This document shows, piece by piece, positions 26,123 to 39,379 of a DNA stretch of 64,000 nt; the first letter of the stretch is position 1, and each line of letters opens with the position of its first letter. Under the pieces are notes generated by a model. It worked only from the letters and a program-made list of their open reading frames with translations. It was not told the DNA's origin and did no database searches. Made by a program: the position numbers and the translations under genes. The DNA is from Octopus sinensis (taxonomy: Eukaryota): NCBI RefSeq assembly GCF_006345805.1, contig NC_043018.1:19654001-19718000 (forward strand). Direction: 5' to 3'.

Positions 26123-26234
26123 ATCTTACAGCTGTTTCGGCAGCAAGGGCAGTCATACCTCATTTAACCTATAAGCCATAAAGGCAGGTATAAATGAGGC
26201 ATTAACAAGGATGCCCCACGGCCTCTTCAGAGAA
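26123..26234 (-). ncRNA. Type I hammerhead-ribozyme-like motif with intact core and a long stem II
   Basis: TCT-CTGAAGA-GGC...(CCTCATTTA/TAAATGAGG, GGGCA/TGCCC)...GCC-GAAA-CAGCTG-TA-AGA. Confidence 0.6.
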
Positions 26235-27001
26235 TTAAATTTGTTATAATTGTGAAAAAATTATTTTTCCATATACATATAAATATAAAAATATAAAAAT
26301 GTAAAATATAAAAACTTATGCATAAACTTCATAATGCTACACATATATAATATAATACTCATTGGTACAATAATGCAAGGTAAACAAAAGAAAAGAAAAC
26401 AAAATATATATCAGTGTATATATTAATATTAATAAGCACAGTTATTATACATATTTGGCTAATAGTTTTAAAAAACTAACACATAGGGAGATGAAAAATA
26501 ATAATTAAAACCATGGTTCAGTTCATAAAATTATAAAGCTATAAAAGTTAATAAAAATTACTATTAATATAATAATAATATAATAATAATAATAATATAA
26601 TAATAATAATAGATACAGTTATGTTTGCACCAAGTCCATCCTAACAAGATCGAAATAACTATGGGTTTAGAAATATTGACCACTCAGAAATTAAAATATA
26701 AATTAAAATAATGAGGGTAGAAATTGATGTCAGTCCATTAACATCAATTTAAACCACTGGTCTAGCTTATTAAAAAAAATTCGAAGATTATAATTTTATA
26801 TATATTTGGTTTACACAAATATTTTTGTTTACACATCAAATCCGAAGAATATAATAATTATATATATATACATATATATGTAAATTAGAAAAAAACCCAC
26901 CTTTTATCAATTCAATAATGAAAAATTATATTACACCATCTAGAAAATTACATGTTATAGAAAGATTAAATATAAGATATACACACACACACACACATAC
27001 A

Positions 27002-27830
27002 CACTGCATCGCACATTATTAGGCAAATCAACATTCTCTCAATGAATAAATGTATATGCATTCAAACCCTGTTGTTTTCACACTGACTTTTGGTAACGCC
27101 TATCTACACACATTCTGTTAAAATAAATCGAATCTGCACAAACTTTTGTGACGAGGCATCATTTTTGCTGTCACCAATTATTCGGCAAGTGTAATAAAAA
27201 TGATGATTGTGTCAGAACAAACATTTATTTTATTCAACAATAAAGGTTTAACAAAAATATTATTCATAAAAGACTTAATGGTAAACATAATATGTTGGAA
27301 TGCAAATAATCAGGGGATTGTAATGTCATAAAACTCCTATTGTTTGATGTATTAACCTCCAGCTGTGATAATCTTTCTTATGTGCTGATCCATTGAATTT
27401 GTCAAGGTGTTGATAACTTCCTGTGCCGTGCTTTGAACGGCATCAACAATAGCATCCCAGAGGGTAACTTTACTTGAAAACTGCTGTCCATCTTGGTAAA
27501 TGCACCTCTTCAGGACACTCCACAGGTTCTCAGTTAGGTTGAAGTCAGGGGTACAAATTGTCCACTCCATCAAATGACTTCCAGAGAAGCCTATTTGCTA
27601 CAGGTATTCTTTGGAATTCTTCGCTTCACGAAACGGCATCAGCTTGCATGAAGACCAGCTTCCTCGTGAATGAAGGTTTTCGCTTTTTGAACCACGGTTG
27701 GAAATTGGCTTTTAAGAAGGTAACATATTTTTGATGTCATCTCAATACCATCCAGGGCTTTCCATGACCCAACCATCGGTGGCTGATGCCAGTGCCTTGT
27801 AACTCGTACTCATGCTGGAAGCATGTGAAA
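27002..27830 (-). mobile_element. Tc1-type transposase remnant
   Basis: Peptide ...KRKPSFTRKLVFMQADA... and MEWTICTPDFNLTENLWSVLKRCIYQDGQQFSSKVTLWDAIV resembles the Tc1 SPDLNPIENLW motif; frameshifted. Confidence 0.8.
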
Positions 27831-28360
27831 AGCAATCTTTGAACTTTGGGCCTCCTCAAGGCAATGACAAGTGAGCAAGACCTTTGGCATTATATCGTGC
27901 TTGAGAAGATCTGTCAAGCCAAGTGAGATCGTAGTCATGGGCAGTGCCAGTATCATGTAATTGGCACCTGTGCCAGAGGCATGTAAAAAGCACCCACTAC
28001 ACTCTTGACGAGTAAGGGTGATTAGGTGATGGTCTAGGGCTTAGGGGCAGGATACCCAAGACCTTGGGAAAAAAAAAAACTTTGATCATCTTGTTGTAGT
28101 CGAGGGCTCTTCGTTGACGCCCAACACTACTGGGAGGTCGCCCTCGAAGTTGCTGGAAATGGAGATCTCCAGGTCCGAATTCTTGAACGGCCCACTACAC
28201 TCTTGGAGTGATTGGTGTTAGGAAGGGCATCCAACCGTAGAAACCATACAAAATCAGATTGGAATCTGGTGCAGCCCTACAACTTACCAATTTTCAGTCA
28301 AACCGTCCAACTCATGCCAGCACGGAAAACAGATGGTAAATGATGATGATGATGATGATA
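27830..28360 (+). mobile_element. Family B copy retaining the RTE ORF2 C-terminus, interrupted by a 183-bp TSD-flanked insert
   Basis: L*TLGLLKAMTSEQDLWHYIVLEKICQAK* followed by the family B 3' UTR and (GAT)n; CCCACTACACTCTTG duplicated at 27993-28007 and 28191-28205. Confidence 0.8.
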
Positions 28361-28836
28361 TATGTATATATAAATTGCCCCCCCTGCACCCCGGCCCGCA
28401 TATAGATCTTATACATGTTGAAGTGTGCATGTTTGTTCATGGATATAAAACTGTAACTGCAGCATTAATTTTGAAAATTATTTAATTATGTTGTCTCAAA
28501 CATGTTTCTGTGAAGATTCCGTTTGGATCGCTGATGAAGTAAAGAAGACCTAGAAACTACACCTGGCCGCTATTCCATTAATTCAATCATAATCTTCACT
28601 GCAACACGTGATGCAGTTGAATGAACACAGACCCATCTCACCAATTTTGTTTCTTCTTTTGTGCACTCTATGACCTTTGTAACTATGGCGACCCACAGAA
28701 GGAAGCTTCAAATATAAGATGAAACATCTTCGCAGCTTTTCATTTTTGATGTATAAGGATGCATATCTTGTATTTTATATTTGTACAAGTGTGTGTACAT
28801 ATCTAGCTATCCATCCTCTATCTATCTATCTATCTA

Positions 28837-28907
<71 letters not shown>

Positions 28908-29590
28908 GTCTACCTATCTGACATATCTGTCTGTCTGTCTATCTGTCTGTCTGTCTGTCCATCCATCTTTCCATCCAGTTATCCATCCATCCAATCTACA
29001 TAAATGCATATGTATGTATGTATATGTATGTGTATATATGTATATACTTATGTGTGTATATGTATGTATATATATGTATATACTTATGAATGTATGTATA
29101 TATATATATATATATATACTTATGTATGTATATGTATGTATATGTATATATATATGTATATTCCCATGTATGTATATGTATGTGTATATATGTATATACA
29201 TATGTATGTATATATATGTATATACTTATGAATGTATATGTATATATATATATATACTTATGCATGTATATGTATATACTTATGTATGTATGTGTATGCA
29301 TATGTATGTATATATATATATGTATATGTGTATGTTAGTATATGTGTGTGTGTGAATATATGAATGTGTATATATGTAAGTATATGTATGTGTATGCATG
29401 TGTATATGTATATACATATGTATGTGTATATATATATACATATGTATATATGTATATATACTTATGTATGTATATACGTATCTATGTATACACACACACA
29501 CACACATACATTTCATTTATTTTATAGCGAATAAAACACTTCCTAGATTAAATCAACTCTCTTTCACTCGCTCCTGCTGATGGCAACCAG

Positions 29591-29675
29591 AATCAACAAC
29601 AACAACAAAACCAAAATCAACAACAACAACAACAACAGCACCAACACAAACAACACCAATACCAAACACTTCCAA
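29591..29675 (+). CDS. Candidate polyglutamine exon NQQQQQNQNQQQQQQQHQHKQHQYQTLP
   Basis: Interrupted CAA/CAG/CAC run after a pyrimidine tract and CCAG; the donor is weak and this may be only a (CAA)n microsatellite. Confidence 0.2.
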
Positions 29676-29813
29676 GTGCCTGACGTCTGCTTGTATATTG
29701 TTGTTAGTCTTCGTTAAATTGTCTGCAGAAGCAAATATTTGTGGAAGTAGGTGTGTTACTGAGATGGCTAAATAGCGGAATCTAATGGGCTCTCTCTCTC
29801 TCTCACACATGCA

Positions 29814-29851
<38 letters not shown>

Positions 29852-30015
29852 CACACACACACACACACATTTATATATACATGTAAGCAGCCTTGTATAT
29901 ACACACTTCATGCATGCACACATACAGATGCATATGTGTCTCCATGTATGTTTATATGAATGCAGACACCACTGTACATACATGTACTACATGCACACAC
30001 ACGCCTGCACACATG

Positions 30016-30057
<42 letters not shown>

Positions 30058-30085
30058 CACACATATTCAGGCTCACACAAATGTA

Positions 30086-30303
30086 TACTCTTTTACTCTT
30101 TTACTTGTTTCAGTCATTTGACTGCGGCCATGCTGGAGCACCGCCTTTAGTCGAGCAAATCGACCCCGGGACTTATTCTTTTCTAAGCCCAGTACTTAAT
30201 CTATCGGTCTCTTTTGCCGAACCGCTAAGTGACGGGGACGTAAACACACCAGCATCGGTTGTCAAGCAATACTAGGGGGACAAACACAGACACACAAACA
30301 CAC

Positions 30304-30338
<35 letters not shown>

Positions 30339-30492
30339 AACAACGGGCTTCTTTCAGTTTCTGTCTACAAAATCCACTCACAAGGCATTGGTCGGCTCAG
30401 GATTATAGCAGAAGACACTTGTCCAAGGTGCCATGCAGTGGGACTGAACCCGGAACCATGTGGTTGGTTAGCAAGCTACTTACCACACAGCC
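30086..30492 (-). mobile_element. Family A SINE; flanked by a local duplication of about 190 bp (about 29890-30085 / about 30505-30660)
   Basis: Family A motifs; ATGAATGCAGACACCACTGTACATACATGTACTACATGC occurs on both sides. Confidence 0.85.
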
Positions 30493-30762
30493 AACATGTA
30501 AACATCCTTGTATATACACATTTCACGCATGCACGCATACAGATGCATATATGTCTGCATGTATGTTTATATGAATGCAGACACCACTGTACATACATGT
30601 ACTACATGCACACACACACACACAGTCACTTACACATATTCAGGCTCACTCAAATGTATGTATACATATATATATTTATATACTTGCAAATATGCTTGAA
30701 CACACATGCTGTACTTACATGTACATATACACATGCATATATATATATATATATATATAATA

Positions 30763-31142
30763 TCTATATATAAATGGCAGTTTGTCTGTGTGTGTTTCTG
30801 TGTGTCTGTTTGCTTGTACCCTCACCCTGACCACGGCTTTCAACCGATTCTGATGAAACTTGACACACACATAGCCCAATGTCATAATTCAAAACTAACG
30901 CAGCGAAAATTTTGAAAAGTTCCCCCAGTTCTGAAAAAAATCGATAAATTCGACATGGGGTCGAGAATCAGAAACACAAGCCACAGACTGTCTAGGGGAC
31001 GCAACTCGACCGTTTTAATTCTCAAAAACAAATTTACCATAATTTTTTTCCATATTTTTTCTATTTTTTGGCTATAACTCTCTAAAAATGCTTTATAGTT
31101 ATTTCCCTTACAAACCCGAGCAACGCCGGGCAATACTGCTAG
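30763..31142 (+). mobile_element. Non-autonomous Helitron
   Basis: A|TCTATATATAAA...CCCGAGCAACGCCGGG...CTAG|T. Confidence 0.85.
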
Positions 31143-31419
31143 TATATATATAAATTTCTAAATGTCTCAAAGAGACATGAGCGGTGGTGGAGCAATAGAG
31201 TGGTCGTATACTGTCAACTTAACGTGACAGTCCTGTAAAGGGAATTACACCACCGTTGTTTAGCCCTAGGAAGCATCGAACGCTTCCTGGCAAGCACCCC
31301 CACATGCATGTCCTCAGGTGTGAATCTTGGCCGGTAGGGGTGCTTTTATATTTTGAGAATTATTTATACTTGAACTCGGTTTTGGGAATTATCGGTTTTT
31401 TGCGAGCCCTGAATATAAA

Positions 31420-31590
31420 AAAGGACCCACTACAGTCTCGGAGTGGTTGGCGTTAGGAAGGGCATCCAGCTGTAGAAACACTGCCAGATCTGACTGGAGC
31501 CTGGTGCAGCCTTCTGGCTTCCCAGACCCCAGTTGAACCGTCCAACCCATGCTAGCATGGAGAACGGACGTTAAACGATGATGATGATGA
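31420..31590 (+). mobile_element. Family B 3' end followed by a long (TA)n tract
   Basis: Family B motifs and (GAT)n tail. Confidence 0.8.
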
Positions 31591-31657
31591 TATATATATA
31601 TATATTATATATAATATATATATTATATATATATATATATAATGTATATATTATATA

Positions 31658-31730
<73 letters not shown>

Positions 31731-31790
31731 TATGTATGTATATATATGTATATATATATATGTATGTATATATATGTATATATATATATG

Positions 31791-31839
<49 letters not shown>

Positions 31840-31855
31840 ATATATATATATATGT

Positions 31856-31889
<34 letters not shown>

Positions 31890-32591
31890 TATAATATATA
31901 TGCATAAAACTGTGCACTTACTCACCTACACACACACACACATACACACACGTACATGCGTACGAAGACCTACATACACGCGCTCATATAGACGCACTTA
32001 GATAGACGCAAGTGCACTCACACACACACACACACACAGACATAAGCATCCGTAGACTGAGAGAGCGTGCGAAGAAATGCAAAAAAAAAAAAACTTAAAC
32101 AAACAAACAAAAAACAAGCAAAATAGAGGAATGCTAGAAACTGCCAGAGAGAGAGAGAGAGAGAGAAAGAAAGAGTGAAGCAAAGAGGCCGAGAAAAAGA
32201 AAGACAATGAGTGGGAGAGAGAGAGAGAGAGAGGGAGAGCCGTAATTGAGAGCTAAAGTGATATTTAGAGATGATTTATTGGTTGGTTTAAGTGAATCAA
32301 AGAGTTATTGGGTATTTCATGTTATATTTATTGCCTTAGCGTCATTATACACCTGTACTACATGTTAGGTGTGTATATAAGTGTATATATATTTATATAT
32401 GTGTGTGTGTGTGTGTCTGTATGTGTGTATATACATGTGTGTGTATATGTGTATGAGTGTCTATATGTGTATAATATATGTGTGTATATCTATATATATA
32501 TGTGTACACATGTATATATATATATATATATATATACATACACACACACACACGCACATACACAGACAGACATACATAATACACATGGTTT

Positions 32592-32632
<41 letters not shown>

Positions 32633-32770
32633 CATTCATACATACATACATACATACATACATACTATATATATATATATATATTATATATAATATATAT
32701 ATATATATACACATGTACACACACATACCCATATAAGTGCCCCTGTGTGTGTATATATATTATATATTAA

Positions 32771-32850
32771 AGGCCTCCACTTTAACACTCAGACTGCAAA
32801 TACATAAAATTTTCTAAACAGACGTATGTCTATGTTCATATGTGTGTGTG

Positions 32851-32906
<56 letters not shown>

Positions 32907-33002
32907 TACACACACACAAACACACACACATGTGAACATAGACATACGTCTGTTTAGAAAATTTTATGTATTTTGCAGTCTGAGCTGTTAAAGTGGAGGC
33001 CT
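32771..33002. mobile_element. Palindromic MITE, Kolobok-like
   Basis: TTAA|AGGCCTCC...GGAGGCCT|TTAA; near-perfect arms meeting in a (TG)(TA)(CA) centre. Confidence 0.65.
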
Positions 33003-33194
33003 TTAATTTCGTTAAACTCCAAATTGCCCTAATGAAATTTGAAATCTATGTAAATAAGGAAAACTAAAAGCTGCAGAAATGTCGATGGCCAAATTATTGT
33101 GTTGTGATCTTTGTAACCAAGGAGGCCCCTTAAACGGTGTCTGTTGTTTCCATTTTGCCATGGAAGACTATGTCTGGGTTGTTAGTTATTGTCA

Positions 33195-33795
33195 CTCCTG
33201 GAAGCAAGTGAGGGTTGCCAACTGGAAAGGCATCCAGCTGTAAAAAAAAAAAAAGCGGACCCCCTCCACTACTGCCTCAGTCAGTGTACTCTTGTCCGAC
33301 CCATGGAAACATGGGAAAGGATGTTAAACTGTTGAGTTTGATGTTGGTGATGGGGGTGATGATGATGATGATATGTGGTTATGATGATGGTGATAGTGAT
33401 GATAATGACATGTAGTGATGGTGATGGGGGTGACGGGGTGATAATAATGGTGATGATGATGACATATGATGATGATGATGACATATGGTGATGACGATGG
33501 CGATGATGGGAGTGATGATGATGGTAGTGATGATGATGATGATGGTGATAGTGATGATAATGACATGTAGTGATGGTGATGGGGGTGACGGGGTGATAAT
33601 AATGGTGATGATGATGACATATGATGATGATGATGACATATGGTGATGACGATGGCGATGATGGGAGTGATGATGATGGTAGTGATGATGATGATGATGC
33701 TGGTGATGACGGTGATAATGATGGGCATGATGATGGTAATGGTGTTGATGATGGTGATGGTGATGATGCTGATGATATATGGTGATGATGATGGC
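33195..33795 (+). repeat. Diverged family B end whose (GAT)n tail expanded into a 450-bp GAT/GGT tract with an internal duplication of about 157 bp
   Basis: GAAAGGCATCCAGCTGTAAAA upstream; the block GATGATGGTGATAGTGATGATAATGACATGTAG recurs at about 33384 and 33541. Confidence 0.8.
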
Positions 33796-34144
33796 AGTTT
33801 TCTGAAGTTGCATTTCTTCTGAATACATAGATCAAGTCAATGTACAAGGGGCTTTTAGGGAATTCAAAAGGAGGAAGCCAAACCATGATCCATATCTGAG
33901 ACTCAGTGCTTGATAAAAAATATTTTATACTTAAATCGCAGTGAAATAGAAGCTGGGCCATGTATGCTTAAAACCCATTAGCGCCCATGGTTCTTGTTTA
34001 GGATCAGAAGAATAATCTGTCATACTTCTGCAACACTTGTATTTTTCTGAGATATCTTTAGTTAGTCATCGAGACTGGAGTGTCCTTCAAATATTGTAAT
34101 AAAATTGTTTTTATATATTTAATATCAGATGCTTACTTGCTTCA

Positions 34145-34595
34145 GGCAGTCCATCTTGACAGATGATGACGTCATCTTTGATCCTTAGGGGTTGTCTTGA
34201 TGGCATTGGCAGGCCCGCTCGCGGCTGAAAAGGCCAATTCTAGTGGCACATGTTTGATTACACAGAGAGCAGCAAAGAGGGCTCAGACGAAGATGAGCTC
34301 ATCTAGGACTTTGCTGATGTTCCTTGAGCTGTCTCTGCTTTTCTTCATGAAGTCTAGTCCGCTCATCCTCAAAATACTGTGTATCAGTTTTAACCATACC
34401 CTCCAGGTAGTACGGTCTGTGGCCAGTGTTTCAAGTTCACCCAGGGGGCATGTTGCAGAGCTTCAGGGATTTCTCGAGATGATTTTTATATCGCTTCTTT
34501 GGACCTCCGTGCGGTCGGTTACCCTCTGCTAACTCCCCAAATGGACAGGGTATACATACTCCACCCAGCACAGTTGACATTTGAGGATCAGATAA
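34145..34595 (-). mobile_element. RTE-type LINE 3' end (ORF2 C-terminus with zinc-finger-like motif, decayed)
   Basis: ...FGELAEGNRPHGGPKKRYKNHLEKSLKLCNM / ELETLATDRTTWR / ...CSLCNQTCATRIGLFSRERAC, then a short 3' UTR ending GATGGACTGCC. Confidence 0.8.
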
Positions 34596-34626
34596 AGTTG
34601 TATAAAAAAAGATTTTTGGTAATAAA

Positions 34627-34929
34627 TCTTTATATATAAAAGTGAAGTTGTGTGAGTGTCTGTCTCCTACGATTTAGATTCCTAACTACTGCCACATTTT
34701 GCGGTGCAGTTTAACCAAAAGCGGGTATCTTATAGTCGTGATTCATATCGAGCCCTTCTGGGTATTAGCGCGCGTCTACGATGAATCTACGATTTAAAAA
34801 AAAATTTACCATAATATTTTCCCATTTTTAATGCATATTTTTGCTATTATATAAGGGAAGTAACTCTCTAAAAATGCTTATATAGTTATTTCCCTCACAA
34901 ACCCGAGCAACGCCGGGCGATACTGCTAG
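34627..34929 (+). mobile_element. Non-autonomous Helitron, second subfamily sharing the 3' end
   Basis: A|TCTTTATATATAAAA...CCCGAGCAACGCCGGGCGATACTGCTAG|T. Confidence 0.8.
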
Positions 34930-35272
34930 TCAAATATAAAAATTTGGACACCAATGAGTTAAACTCTTCATCATCCGACACTAGATCACTTCCTCTAATG
35001 TTCCCTCTCCTCTGAAAAGAGAATTTTTTTTGTCTTGCAAATGCTTGGTGACACTGTCAGTGCAGGTGCCACTTAAAAGCACCCAGTCCACTCTGCTGAG
35101 TGGTTGGTGTTAGGAAGGACATCCAGCTGTAAAAATCCTGCCAAAACAGTTACAGAAATCTGGTGCAGGCTTCTGCTTGGCTGGCTCTTGTGAAACGGCC
35201 CCACCCATGCCAGTATGGAAGGCAGACATTAAATGGTGGTGATGATGGTGACAATATATAATATATATTATA

Positions 35273-35688
35273 TAGGTGCAGGAGTGGCTGTGTGGTAAGT
35301 AGCTTGCTAATCAACCACATGGTTCCGGGTTCAGTCCCACTGCGTGGCATCTTGGGCAAGTGTCTTCTATAATAGCCCCGGGCCGACCAATGCCTTGTGA
35401 GTGGATTTGGTAGACGGAAACTGAAAAAATCTGTCGTATATATGTATATATATAAGTGTTTGTGTGTATATGTTTGAGTGTCTGTGTTTGTCCCCTAGCA
35501 TTGCTTGACAACCGATGCTGGTGTATTTACGTCCCCGTCACTTAGCGGTTCGGCAAAAGAGACCGATAGAATAAGTACTGGGCTTACAAAGAATAAGTCC
35601 CGGGGTCGATTTGCTCGACTAAAGGCGGTGCTCCAGCATGGCCGCAGTCCCAATGACTGAAACAAGTAAAAAAGAAAAAGAAAAGAAA
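35273..35688 (+). mobile_element. Family A SINE, young subfamily
   Basis: Diagnostic GGCATCTTGGG, CCAATGCC, CCCTAGCATTGCTT. Confidence 0.9.
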
Positions 35689-36196
35689 TATATATGCAAA
35701 TATTAAAGTGTGGAGGTTGGTCTACCATGCATTCTCATTTGTGTAAAACCAGTCTAGTGAAAAGCCAACCCGACATCTGAGACCTTCATAAAGGGCCAGT
35801 CTTCAAACCTGAATATGAGCTTTAAAACCTTTTATGTCACAGAATGATGAGATGAAAGGAAACATTTGTTTTAGCTTCAACCAGACAGAATTGGAAAAAT
35901 TCTTTACAAAGACTTCTCAGATTTCAAGACTAGTTATGAAAAAAAAAAAATTCTAAAGACAGCATTGGAAATGTATATTGAACATTAATATTGTAAAGAA
36001 TACTTTTCTTGAAGGCATTACAATACACACACACGTACACACACACACACACATATTTATGTATGTATGTAGATACATATATGCATATATTACTACAGTA
36101 AAGAATATTTTTCTTGAAGAGATTGTAATATTATCATTATCATCATTATTTAATGACTGTCTTCCATGTTGGCGTGAGTGGGACAATATATATATA

Positions 36197-36638
36197 TACT
36201 CTTACTCTTTACTCTTTTACTTGTTTCAGTCATTTGACTGCGGCCATGCTGGAGCACCGCCTTTAGTCGAGCAAATCGACCCTGGGACTTATTCTTTGTA
36301 AGCCCAGTACTTATTCTATCTGTCTCTTTTGCCGAACTGCTAAGTTACGGGGACGTAAACACACCAGCATCGGTTGTCAAGCAATGCTAGGGGGACAAAC
36401 ACAGACACACAAACATATACACACACCATCATATATATATATATAATATATTATATATATATATAACATATATATGACAGGCTTCTTTCAGTTTCTGTCT
36501 ACCAAATCCACTCACAAGGCATTGGTCAGCCCGGGGCTATAGTAGAAGACACTTGCCCAAAATGCCACGCAGTGGGACTGAACTCGGAACCATGTGATTG
36601 GTTAGCAAGCTACTTACCACACAGCCACTCCTGCGCCT
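36197..36638 (-). mobile_element. Family A SINE, young subfamily (inverted partner of 35273-35688)
   Basis: Reverse-complement copy. Confidence 0.9.
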
Positions 36639-36682
36639 GTAATATGTATCTGTAATATACTGTAATATGTATCTAAATAGAC

Positions 36683-36840
36683 AAATGTTGAGGTAGTTTG
36701 GCCACATGGAGAGGATGGATGAGGAGTTGATGGTAAAGATGAAGGCAGAAGTGGTAGGCAGCAGAATCAGAGGCAGACCTCGGTTTGTGTGGATGGACAG
36801 AGTGAGCCGAAACTGCAAAGATAATCTGGAACTCAACTGA
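36683..36840 (+). mobile_element. RTE-type LINE ORF2 C-terminal fragment
   Basis: MLR*FGHMERMDEELMVKMKAEVVGSRIRGRPRFVWMDRV resembles the RTE LRWFGHV.RM...GRPR..W motif. Confidence 0.75.
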
Positions 36841-36924
36841 GGAAAGAAAACTCCGGATGACCCATCCTTGTTCTGTCTTGCCCCTTTTTTGTATCATCTG
36901 TCTGGATGTTTTGTTGTCCCCTGT

Positions 36925-37112
36925 ATTCCTTGCGGATCCGTGGAACAAGCTGCCAGACGAGATGGTGAAGATGCCGACGACCGCTTGTTCAAAGTCTCCC
37001 TTGACCTCAAGTGGCCTGAACTCTTTACATGAACACCACCCTGTACATAACTCCATGTCCCCCTACATGACCTTGCTTTTTGCTTTTGAGCCAAAAATTA
37101 ACTAACTAACAT
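36925..37112 (+). mobile_element. CR1-type LINE 3' end
   Basis: DPWNKLPDEMVKMPTT / FKVSLDLKWPELF resembles the CR1 WN.LP..VV...S...FK..LD motif; (AACT)n tail. Confidence 0.7.
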
Positions 37113-37632
37113 ATAATATATATATATATGATATATATATATACATATATATTTGTGTGTGTATATATAATATATTATATATATTATATATATATATATA
37201 TATTTTGTGGTTTTTGTGCCCCCACCATCACTTGACAACCGATGTCCTGTGACTTAGCGGTTCAGCTAAAGAGATTAATAGAATAAGTACTAGGCTTACA
37301 AAGAATAAGTCCTGGGGTCGATTTCTTTGACTTAAGGCGGTGCTCCAGCATGGCTGCAGTCAAATGACTGAAATAACTATATGAATAAAAAAAATTAAAT
37401 ATATGATTTATGTATAAATACCAAAACAGTTACTATCCATGTAATTGAGGGCTCAACTGATGACACCTCATTAAACTCCTTACTGTCGAGGATAAGACAA
37501 CCCCTCTAATGCTGGTGCCACTGTTAAATGCACCCAATACATTCTGTAAAGTGTTTGGCCATAAGGATAATCACCATAGAGATCATGTCTTCTAATGAAA
37601 GAAGTGACCAAACCTTATTTGGTCACTTTCTG

Positions 37633-37985
37633 TGAGCGTATAGCTCAGTGGTTAGAGTGTTGGGCTTACAATCATGAGGTAGACAGTTAGATTCCTGGAC
37701 TGGGCTGTATGTTGCGTTCTTGAGCAAGACACTTTATTTCACATTGCTCCAGTTCTCTCAGCTCTAGAGATGAGTTGCGATGTCACTGGTGCCAAGCTGT
37801 ATCGGCCCCTTTGTCTTTCCCTTGGACAACATCAGTGACAGGAAGATGGAAAGCTGGTATGTGAGGGCAATTATGGGTCTTCCGTAAACAACCTTGCCCT
37901 GACTTGTGCCTCGGAGGGTAACTTTCCACGTGCAACCCCATGATCATTCATGACCGAAGAGGGTCTTTATCCTATCTTAACCTAT
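37633..37985 (+). mobile_element. Family G tRNA-derived CORE-like SINE, near full length
   Basis: Head TAGCTCAGTGGTTAGAG...GATTCCTGG; body CTTGAGCAAGACACTTTATTTCAC. Confidence 0.8.
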
Positions 37986-38432
37986 GATCCTTTTAGCCGA
38001 CCCTTGCATTTTCTAACAACACTGTTCAATTTCCTCTCTGTGCCAAAGCACTGGCCATTTTTAATTTCATATAGAAGACATGTCCATCTTAAAAAGCTGG
38101 TTTACATATTTATTCTAGTCACTTCTTTTGCGTCTAAATGCATTTTATTCTAATAGTTTCTTTCTTCAGACTTCTGCTCTTTGGAACTCACCACCATTGT
38201 CTTGCTTTCTTCTGGTTCTTCAGTTCTTTGAACTTTCTGCCATTCAGCATCTTTTAAATTTGTTGGCTCCGTCTTTCCCTCCTTTGTAGTTCCTCATGGT
38301 ACGTTGGCCTCAAACCTTGTTTGTGACAAAATTGCATAATAAGAAAGCATTTCCATATGATGGGGGTGGGCGAAAATTAGATATTAGCAACAGAAACACT
38401 ATTAGCACCGAACGGCAAGGTTTTATATCCTA

Positions 38433-38815
38433 CTAGCAGTATCGCCCGGCGTTGCTCAGGTTTGTAAGGGAAATAACTATAAAGCATTTTTAGAGAGTTA
38501 TAGCCAAAAAATAGCAAAAAAATGGGAAAAAATGATGGTAAATTTTTTTTGAGATTTAAAAAAGGTGGAGTTGCGTCCCCTAACAGTTTGTGGTTCGTGT
38601 TTCTGATTCTCGACCCCATGTCGAATTTATCGATTTTTTTCAGAACTGGGGGAAGTTTTCAAAATTTTCGCTGCGTTAGTTTTGAATTATGACATTGGGC
38701 TATGTGTGTGTCAAGTTTCATCAGAATCAGTTGAAAGCCATGGTCAGGGTGAGGGTACAAGCAAACAGACACACAGAAACACACACAGACAAACTGCCGT
38801 TTATATAGAGAGAGA
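38433..38815 (-). mobile_element. Non-autonomous Helitron
   Basis: Near-identical to 13170-13553. Confidence 0.85.
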
Positions 38816-39344
38816 TTTAATTTGGACGTATTGTGTGAACACTGCAACACTGGTATATGTTTTGAGAGAGCATCTTGTATAGACAGGCATTAAACATCTA
38901 CATGAGAAGCGCTTTCAAGACAAGTACCATAGTATTACAGCATTCTTACAATGGGTCCACATTAAGTAGGATATAAAGATTGATTTTCCATCTGATGATA
39001 TTTCCTGCATTTTAAACCTAATTCAGCAAAATAATTTATTTCAGAAGGAGAATAAAATATCCATTCATTATTTGGACATTCGATAAGAATCGGAACAAAT
39101 TCTTTGATTTTCACCTACCCTACAGGCTGTCTTTTGTACAATGACACAAGAAGAGATATATTTACTCCCTCTGGGGAAAAAAAAAAAAAAAAATTGCTTT
39201 TAAAAGACCCTTGTTAATTAGTTTCATTAGCTTTGCTATGACTAATGGTCTAAGGTGTAGTGGGGATGGTCTTGTCACCAAAGCAACAAGGCCCGAGGAA
39301 AATGCTTAAACCTTTTAATCTTCCAAATTGTTCTAGAACTTCAA

Positions 39345-39379
<35 letters not shown>

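Noticed and set aside
35843-35956. Acceptor-preceded frame NDEMKGNICFSFNQTELEKFFTKTSQISRLVMKKKKF
   Set aside because: Short, no convincing donor and no independent support
37633-37705. Possible tRNA genes, also about 55620-55692 and 59288-59345
   Set aside because: A and B boxes are present but I could not form a full cloverleaf, and each runs directly into a repeat body, so they are SINE heads
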